UHGV virus genome: UHGV-1352853
Origin: a virus
DNA: 64,000 nucleotides
Strand: one strand, 5' to 3'
In this document: positions 59,301-64,000 of the stretch, piece after piece
Layout: the number at the start of each line of letters is the position of its first letter
Position numbering within the stretch: position 1 is the first letter of the stretch
The notes under the pieces: model-generated
Databases searched by the model: none
What the model saw: only the letters and a program-made list of their open reading frames with translations
Told to the model about the DNA's origin: nothing
Made by a program: the position numbers and the translations under genes

Positions 59301-62300
59301 CTAAGTCTGCTCTGGAATATGACCAGCGTGAAGGTGCTACTGATGCCTTATTACGTGCAGGTGCTGAACAGATTGAGCGTAACTTGCGTAACATTGCTCT
59401 TGGTGTAGATATTCGCCATAAAGTAATGAACCAGGTACAGACCACTGTTGACCAGATGGCTGCTGTGGGTGCTCCTTACATTAATAACGGTAAGATTTCT
59501 TTGGAAGGTCTGACTGTAGACCAGCAAGTAGCTAAGCTGAACGAATTGTTTGATGCTGAATTAAACAAACGTCGTGATGCAGTACGTGCTGCTAAAGCAG
59601 AACCAGTGAAAGAAGTACCAGCAATGGAGCAGGTTGGTCGTGTACTGAAGTCTGGTGTACGTCTGCTGTCTAATACTGCTATCTCTAAGCTGGCTAAAGA
59701 GATGTCTCAGGAACAACAAGCAGTACTGAAAGAAGTACAGAAATCCCTTGCTGCTAAAGACTACAAGGTTGTTTACGGTACACCTTCTCAGTTGGATGCT
59801 TATGCTATTGAGAAGAATATTACTCGCCCAGCACCTGAAGATATTGAAGCTGCTGAAGCAGGTAATGCATATGGCTGGACTAACTTTGAAGATAAGACTA
59901 TCTACTTAGTTACTCCTTCCTTAGAGACTCTGGTTCATGAATTGGTACATGCTTCTACTTTTGAATCTGTACTGGCTCACTATGAGGGTACTCCTAATGA
60001 AGCAGTCCAGAATATTGAAGACCTGATGAACCAATTCCGTACTCTTGATGTTAAGGATGAAACTTCGGCAGTACGTGAAGCATACGCTGATGCTCTTAAT
60101 ACTATTAATGGTCACTTGTCTAATGGCTTCATTGAACCAGCAATGGCTAAAGCTGCTGCACTTAACGAGTACATGGCTTGGGGCTTAACCAACCGTGAAC
60201 TGATTAGTAAGCAGAAGAAAACCACTGCACTTAAGACTATGGTTCAGGCTGTGTATGAAGCAATCAAGCGTCTGATATTTGGGCGTAAGAAAGCACCAGC
60301 TAATGCAGATGATATGTTCTCCGGCTTACTGTTTAACTCATCCGTAGTTATGCGTGGTCAGGCTCCTACTGCTGCTGTAGCTAAAGATACTACCCTGTTC
60401 CATAACAAAGCATACGGTGACAATACTCGTCTGGAAGAATTAGGAAAAACCTTCGATAAGTTAATTACTGACTACATTGGTTCAGAACCAGTACAACAAG
60501 TAATTCGTAAAGGTAAGTTCTCTGATGCAGTAGTGAATGCAACTAAAGTAACTCGTGATGTTCAGGCTCATGGCTTCACTATGAATATGCAGGAACAACG
60601 TCTCTTTACTAACATCGCTGCTGCTCTGGCTACTGAAGCTGCTATTAATCCTGCTGCTTTGGCTCGTGCACAGGAATACTATACGCATGTTACCAAGAAC
60701 CTGACCGTTGAAGCATTCATGACTGACCCAGATAGTACTAACCCTGCTGACCGTTATTACGCTCAACAGAAGTTCGATACCATCATGGGTGCTAACAATA
60801 TTGAGTTTGATGCACAAGGCCGTTCTTCCTTACTACCTACCTTTGTCGGTCTGGCAATGGTAAGCGAAGAAGTACGTAAAGTACTGGCAGACATTCCTGT
60901 TATGAAAGCAGATAAGCAATCTGGTAATACTGTTGATGCAATGCTTACTAACATCGGTACTGCTGCAATGGCTAGTCTGAATGCTCGTGTAGCTGGTGAT
61001 ACCAAGGCTACCAATGTGCAAGAAGGTATGGATGCACTGGCTCAGACAATCATGCAGACTAGTTTAAATGCACAGTCCTTCTATGATTCCGTTGCTACTC
61101 CTAGTGGTAATGCTATTGACCGTGCTAACCAGTATCTGGTGGACTCTATTGATGTATTGTCTACCCGTGCTTTAGAAGGTGCTCGTGAAGTTGCAGCTAA
61201 TACCAAGAACCCGTTGGTTAAAGGTGCTGCTCATGCTGCACAACTGATTGCTGCCATTGCTACGGAGAAGAATGGAGCAATCGTAGCTGAAGGTGTTATG
61301 GCTGCAATGAACCAGGGTAAAGTATGGCAACCTTTCCATGACCTGGTTAATGACTTAACTGGTCGTACTAAGAGCAATGCTTCTGTATACGATTTGATTA
61401 AGGCAGTACGTGCACAGGTACAGGCTGACCGTCAACAATTCCGTGAACATTTGCCTACCACTATCGCCTCTAAGTTCAGCCGTAAACTGACTAATGAAGA
61501 GTGGAAAGCAATGCATACCGGTATGGGTAAAACTGACTTAGCTGCCCTGCGTGACACTATGTCTTTGGCTGAAATACGTGACCTGCTGACCGACCAGAAG
61601 ATTGTTGACCGTGAGGTGAATAAGCTGGAAGCAGATTTGCAGAAACAAGCTGGACGTAACTGGCCTCTAATTAGTCGTAAATCTAAGCAACTGGCTCAGT
61701 ACATGATTAATGGCACAGTTGGTAATAACCTGCTGCGTAATGCTACTGCAATTTCTCGTTTGCTGGGAGAACGTCAGGCTGCACGTTCTACTGTAGATGT
61801 AGCTCAACTGGACAAATTGATTACCCTGTATGCACTGGAAGCAATGAGTAAGTCTGACCGCGAAACATTATCTTCACTGGCTCAGACAGAAGTTGATGGA
61901 ATGGACTTTGCTACATCTTATCTGGTTGGGCAGCGTAAAGATGAAATGGCTAAAGCCAAATCCGATACTCGTGCAATCCTGAACCAGTACAAAGGTTACA
62001 TTCCTGATGAGACTAAACAAGGTGTTAACCTGATTGTTGCTGAAGATAGTCAATTTGCTGATTTAATTGAGAAGTCTTATGTGCGACTGGGTACTTATCA
62101 GGGTAGCTCTGCTAATCGTGGTCCAGCACGCAGCTACTACTTTGCACCAGTACAGGCACAGGCTCCTTTCTCACAGGGTATTCTACAGAACGTTCGTAAT
62201 ACTGCTGGTGGTGTAGACCTTGGTACAGGCTTTACGATGGGTACAATGGTAGCTGGTCGTATCACTGACAAGCCTTCCGTAGACCGTATCACTAAAGCAC

Positions 62301-63739
62301 TGGCTCGTGGTGAACGTGGTAATGAACCACTGCTGCCTGTGTATGATGACAAAGGTAATGTAGTTGCCTATGAGCAATCTATTGACCCTAACATGCTGAA
62401 GCACATTGAGGGTGAGAACCATCTTGCTCGTGCAATTGGTGTATGGCGTGGTCGTCAGGTAGAGGAAGCTAAGGCCCAGCGTTTCAACGATATGCTGATT
62501 GAAAATCTGCATAGCATGTACGAGAACGACATTAAAATGTCTGCCTCTAATAAGTCCCAGTACGTTAACCTTCTTGGTTCTAAACTGGACCCTGTAACTG
62601 CTGATGCCCTTAAACTGATGAACACCGAAACACGTCAGAAAGCAGAAAGTCTGTTTGGCGAAGGTGAATTGTGGGTTCGTCGTGACATGCTTAATGATGC
62701 GCTGGGTTATCGTGCAGCTTCTGTAGGTGATGCCTGGTCTGGTAATTCTCGTTGGTCACCGGAAACATTGGATACCTTCAAGAAAGCTATGTTGGGTGTC
62801 TTTGGTAACCGTGCTTATAAGTACGTAATGGGTGGTGAGAACCTGGTTCAGAACTTAGTTAAAGAAGCCAAGACACTGATTGTAGTTAAGTCAGTAGTTG
62901 TACCTGCTGTTAACTTCTTGGCTAACCTTTACCAGATGGTTGGTCGTGGTGTACCTGTTAAGAACATTGCTAAGAGCATTCCACAGAAGACTGCTGAGAT
63001 TAACCAGTACCTGAAATCTCGTCTGCGTCAGGTAGATGCAGAAGCAGAATTACGTGCAGCTACTAACCCGAACCAGATTCGTAAGCTTAAGGCTGAGATT
63101 CAGTCCATAACTGATAGCCATAAGCGTATGAGTATCTGGCCTTTGTTAGAAGCTGGTGAGTTCTCTTCAATTGCAGACGCAGGTATTGGACGTGATGACA
63201 TCCTTATTACTGAAGGTAAACTTCACGAATACATGGATAAGCTGGCTGATAAGTTACCTAAGTCTGTTCGTAATGCAGGTCGTTATGCACTTATCACCAA
63301 GGATACTGCTCTATTCCAGGGTATCCAGAAGACGGTTGAGTACTCTGACTTTATTGCTAAAGCAATCATTTATGATGACTTAACTCAGCGTAAAGGTAAG
63401 ACTCGTGAAGAAGCACTTGGACGTGTAACAGAAGAGTTCATTAACTATGACCGTTTGCCTGGTCGTTTCCGTGGATATATGGAAAGTGTCGGTTTAATGT
63501 GGTTCTATAACTTTAAGATACGTTCTGCAAAAATCGCAGTGTCCATGATTCGCAACAACCCTGTACATGCAGCTATGGCTATGTTGGCTCCAACTCCTAC
63601 CATGTTTGGTAATGTTGGTTTACCTATTCAGGACAACATCTTCAGTATTGCTGCACAAGGCAATCTCGGTTACTCCTGGGGCTTTGGTCAGGGGCTTCGT
63701 GCTCACAACCTAAACCCTTGGATAAATCTGGTAAACTAA
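53381..63739 (+). CDS. virion-encapsidated RNA polymerase (N4 gp50-like vRNAP), ~3452 aa
   Basis: Giant ORF of N4-vRNAP size. Central region carries T7-like RNAP motifs (DGVTNGPIN; KNPLTITIYGSG motif B-like). Start at ATG 53381 with AGGAAA SD. Confidence 0.9.
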   Translation: MSTFDRLAGFADSITNAKQVDVSTATSQKQAAQGQSPFQLTPENAYNLQTGRVGNLGIGAFEPGSLQADFTQASPLEILNKYGNEQGLQIINSRANAADAVRQDLSKQRTNAEAFGDTLSGVGLGVANTLGGIAALGTGLVNDNAGASIASGMDWLNEGVHNLQSDALNATRKVVQNQNQISAQKNQKLYEQDIKNGESSLVASLSRIGRDAFDSVANTLDNGMAATDGLSEGVGSLFTGGPLIRGVSALGKVMVGGDKAVKGITLAAELGSRPAQVALSAGRVAAPAIAIGGMEAGGAYQQTASEIMKMSHQELASKSPVYQQHIADGLSPDEARRQTASETGIIAAGLTAPVAAATGPLVSKFELNPLKVGSLAGAGSNMLRETVEEGIQSGTSQFAQNKAIQGNVDTKRDLLKGVGEQAGLGALYGFGSAGVAQAPGATVKAVDAAAGPALRTTLAGASLVGSALAKAASPITNILVQRGEEVAKRNEQASPVSDATVNAAAQEATAQAEQAQATVQEAVDAMDISPEEKAAATQYAADLTQAMKFDPVELEQANPAIREAVSGSTNRVEAIQKMADLVNTAEDPNVQMEAAIQMYDNIMSMDSFINRDPGALANLEQGSPAANIVDQFSGLMANVQNTPKVLRAFRAIHSMIQEQAEAGKLKATEEANQAQANNIAMAADMSPEVLDADSVNMVLKHASEGKITLGNRQRAALQSAAALLQGAREFDAKAEELGLRPQDIVSKQIKTDESRSNEGQYSALQHAKRIRSAYNSGNFDLASAYLDDFMKFAQHMQNKVGALNEHLISGNADKNKSVHYQALTPSREWVRSRTGLGVNPYDTKSVKFAQQVGLEAKTVADIANALATAYPELNVSHVKVTPLDSRLDKPAAQVVKEFRQGGLDATQSQQTNEPVNQVDETPVTKQEPVTPTVQTKPSVSEAVKTEPAIKESKPQVVKEPENQSEKQDATLTNEDTTQGVAETKTEMETVFPVYNNDKTPNQFLKSFTLPEEPKSRTIGSESPLTDVKKALSSVARFEAFTQKENNALTSDVIKRYQDLFDFGETLKTTLSDRLAKFLANKNVGKRFAEGTEANRWVGGKLLNIVEKDGDTFKFNDQLLETAVLAGLQWRLTATQNAAIKDMKDVAAITGVEASLLPDGILADFENAQTLVEATNSLAQKIESYWGLNRNPNAPLGYTKGIPMAMATEILSSLIEMGEVKESMLDVSEIDPASNKTIGLYTIEKLDDNDAINNFPTAIEEAVLVEPEEKMYFGDDIPSVAQTQLRNPAVKNTPEQRAALKAEQATEFRVHMPMVNFYEALGRDNILELMGAGTLNPELLNVNTAKSLEGKNLSVSMAYDSLFGVINQIKEQENGLDTPIHYGYNMTRVGRMQMLGKNNPQSSKLVREAILPTFSTIDLSNENSQTFSDFQLGLAQALGIKVHNMSREAMSEKLTKALEGNLKPAVDMMVEFDKSGHLPADAVDILKTSLGGDKSFVALMALMEYARYLNSDDRANFNTPLYVEADGVTNGPINAMVLMTGGKFTSDWIKNTAKGGLFFGKAGKTMNEHRSQDDSVDLYEASTNGLQQALNELRTTYRNNVPVMNQMNHLQKLMDLFIKDFNLNEDGTLDLKRGIAKNPLTITIYGSGARGIAGKMVSAITDTIYERFSDVLKARAADPSISPAMAMFGKEAASEADAQAMLDTFLTSMEALTGNVPVMRKGELSIQQVEGALTGKLDPQKFTVSGNALKNLQENMLHLFVEPMRTGIRNTVGEGLMHSTENLQKATQIQSLVLQDMFQQAVQTKLAEKEKDPTWKKGDFLTQKELNEIQESLSPLAPMIETGSQTFYIAGSENTDVANQVLATNLDDRMRVPMSIYAPSQAGVAGIPFMTIGTGDGMMMQTLSTMKGAPKNTLKIFDGMNIGINDITDASRKANEAVYTSWQGNPIKNVYDSFSKFMKNVDFSKLSDETKQAIAKSALEYDQREGATDALLRAGAEQIERNLRNIALGVDIRHKVMNQVQTTVDQMAAVGAPYINNGKISLEGLTVDQQVAKLNELFDAELNKRRDAVRAAKAEPVKEVPAMEQVGRVLKSGVRLLSNTAISKLAKEMSQEQQAVLKEVQKSLAAKDYKVVYGTPSQLDAYAIEKNITRPAPEDIEAAEAGNAYGWTNFEDKTIYLVTPSLETLVHELVHASTFESVLAHYEGTPNEAVQNIEDLMNQFRTLDVKDETSAVREAYADALNTINGHLSNGFIEPAMAKAAALNEYMAWGLTNRELISKQKKTTALKTMVQAVYEAIKRLIFGRKKAPANADDMFSGLLFNSSVVMRGQAPTAAVAKDTTLFHNKAYGDNTRLEELGKTFDKLITDYIGSEPVQQVIRKGKFSDAVVNATKVTRDVQAHGFTMNMQEQRLFTNIAAALATEAAINPAALARAQEYYTHVTKNLTVEAFMTDPDSTNPADRYYAQQKFDTIMGANNIEFDAQGRSSLLPTFVGLAMVSEEVRKVLADIPVMKADKQSGNTVDAMLTNIGTAAMASLNARVAGDTKATNVQEGMDALAQTIMQTSLNAQSFYDSVATPSGNAIDRANQYLVDSIDVLSTRALEGAREVAANTKNPLVKGAAHAAQLIAAIATEKNGAIVAEGVMAAMNQGKVWQPFHDLVNDLTGRTKSNASVYDLIKAVRAQVQADRQQFREHLPTTIASKFSRKLTNEEWKAMHTGMGKTDLAALRDTMSLAEIRDLLTDQKIVDREVNKLEADLQKQAGRNWPLISRKSKQLAQYMINGTVGNNLLRNATAISRLLGERQAARSTVDVAQLDKLITLYALEAMSKSDRETLSSLAQTEVDGMDFATSYLVGQRKDEMAKAKSDTRAILNQYKGYIPDETKQGVNLIVAEDSQFADLIEKSYVRLGTYQGSSANRGPARSYYFAPVQAQAPFSQGILQNVRNTAGGVDLGTGFTMGTMVAGRITDKPSVDRITKALARGERGNEPLLPVYDDKGNVVAYEQSIDPNMLKHIEGENHLARAIGVWRGRQVEEAKAQRFNDMLIENLHSMYENDIKMSASNKSQYVNLLGSKLDPVTADALKLMNTETRQKAESLFGEGELWVRRDMLNDALGYRAASVGDAWSGNSRWSPETLDTFKKAMLGVFGNRAYKYVMGGENLVQNLVKEAKTLIVVKSVVVPAVNFLANLYQMVGRGVPVKNIAKSIPQKTAEINQYLKSRLRQVDAEAELRAATNPNQIRKLKAEIQSITDSHKRMSIWPLLEAGEFSSIADAGIGRDDILITEGKLHEYMDKLADKLPKSVRNAGRYALITKDTALFQGIQKTVEYSDFIAKAIIYDDLTQRKGKTREEALGRVTEEFINYDRLPGRFRGYMESVGLMWFYNFKIRSAKIAVSMIRNNPVHAAMAMLAPTPTMFGNVGLPIQDNIFSIAAQGNLGYSWGFGQGLRAHNLNPWINLVN

Positions 63740-63742
63740 AAT

Positions 63743-63777
63743 AAAAAAGCCCCTCATTAGAGGGGCTTTACTTTTAG
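63743..63777. terminator. bidirectional rho-independent terminator
   Basis: 9 bp stem aagcccctc/gaggggctt with loop atta, flanked by an A-run upstream and a T-run downstream. Lies between convergent genes. Confidence 0.75.
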
Positions 63778-63989
63778 AATCTTTCAATCCGTTTATTGAG
63801 TACATATAGATATGAACCCATGGCTTGATGCTGTAACCCAAGCAGATACTTATCCTCTGGTTCAATTTCACGAGATTTGGGGCTTAGTAAGAAATTACCT
63901 AAAGCTTCATACTTCTCTTTTAGATTATCTCTTTCTGTTAATACTTGTACTTGCTCTGCTGTAAAAGATTTAGTCATGTTTACCCACAT
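63774..63989 (-). CDS. hypothetical small protein (71 aa), convergent to vRNAP
   Basis: ORF on the minus strand, ending at the bidirectional terminator. Confidence 0.4.
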   Translation of the reverse strand: MWVNMTKSFTAEQVQVLTERDNLKEKYEALGNFLLSPKSREIEPEDKYLLGLQHQAMGSYLYVLNKRIERF

Positions 63990-64000
63990 TTTAGGTTTAC

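Noticed and set aside
1-64000. tRNA genes, CRISPR arrays, integrase or attachment sites
   Set aside because: No cloverleaf-compatible segments noticed in intergenic regions, no spaced direct repeats, no tyrosine or serine recombinase motifs. Consistent with a strictly lytic N4-like phage.

Overview
This window reads as most of a podovirus genome of the N4-like group (Schitoviridae). The defining marker is a 3,452 to 3,458 aa virion RNA polymerase gene at 53381-63739 (+). A split T7-like RNAP II (gp15-like and gp16-like genes at 22577-23395 and 21070-22287) and a run of 5 bp stem / 3 nt loop GGA hairpin promoters on the template strand support this. From memory, the hairpin promoters closely resemble the N4 P2 hairpin. 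Layout: ~32 kb of leftward-transcribed (minus strand) early and middle genes. These include three hairpin-promoter early units at 28.3-29.5 kb and RNAP II. They also include a MoxR-like AAA ATPase plus vWA/metallopeptidase pair, dCTP deaminase, ThyX, rIIA/rIIB-like genes, an SF1 helicase and a family A DNA polymerase. From 32144 a rightward late module follows: small and large terminase, tail fibre genes, a holin / GH108 endolysin / Rz / embedded Rz1 lysis cassette, portal, scaffold, major capsid, internal virion proteins and vRNAP. Many rho-independent terminators are visible. The most unusual items are listed here. (1) The AAA ATPase gene is split by an ~882 nt intervening sequence carrying an HNH-AP2 homing endonuclease; precise excision restores the Walker B motif LLFLDEF, so this is probably a group I intron. 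(2) A tandem array of 5-6 paralogous small genes sits at 29.9-32.0 kb. (3) The early promoter region is built from duplicated gene-end plus hairpin-promoter modules. (4) A fourth hairpin-promoter-like element sits just upstream of RNAP II. (5) Two additional homing-endonuclease-like ORFs are present, one of them inserted in the structural module. No tRNA, rRNA or CRISPR arrays were recognised. All functional calls come from motifs and synteny read by eye; no database searches were run.
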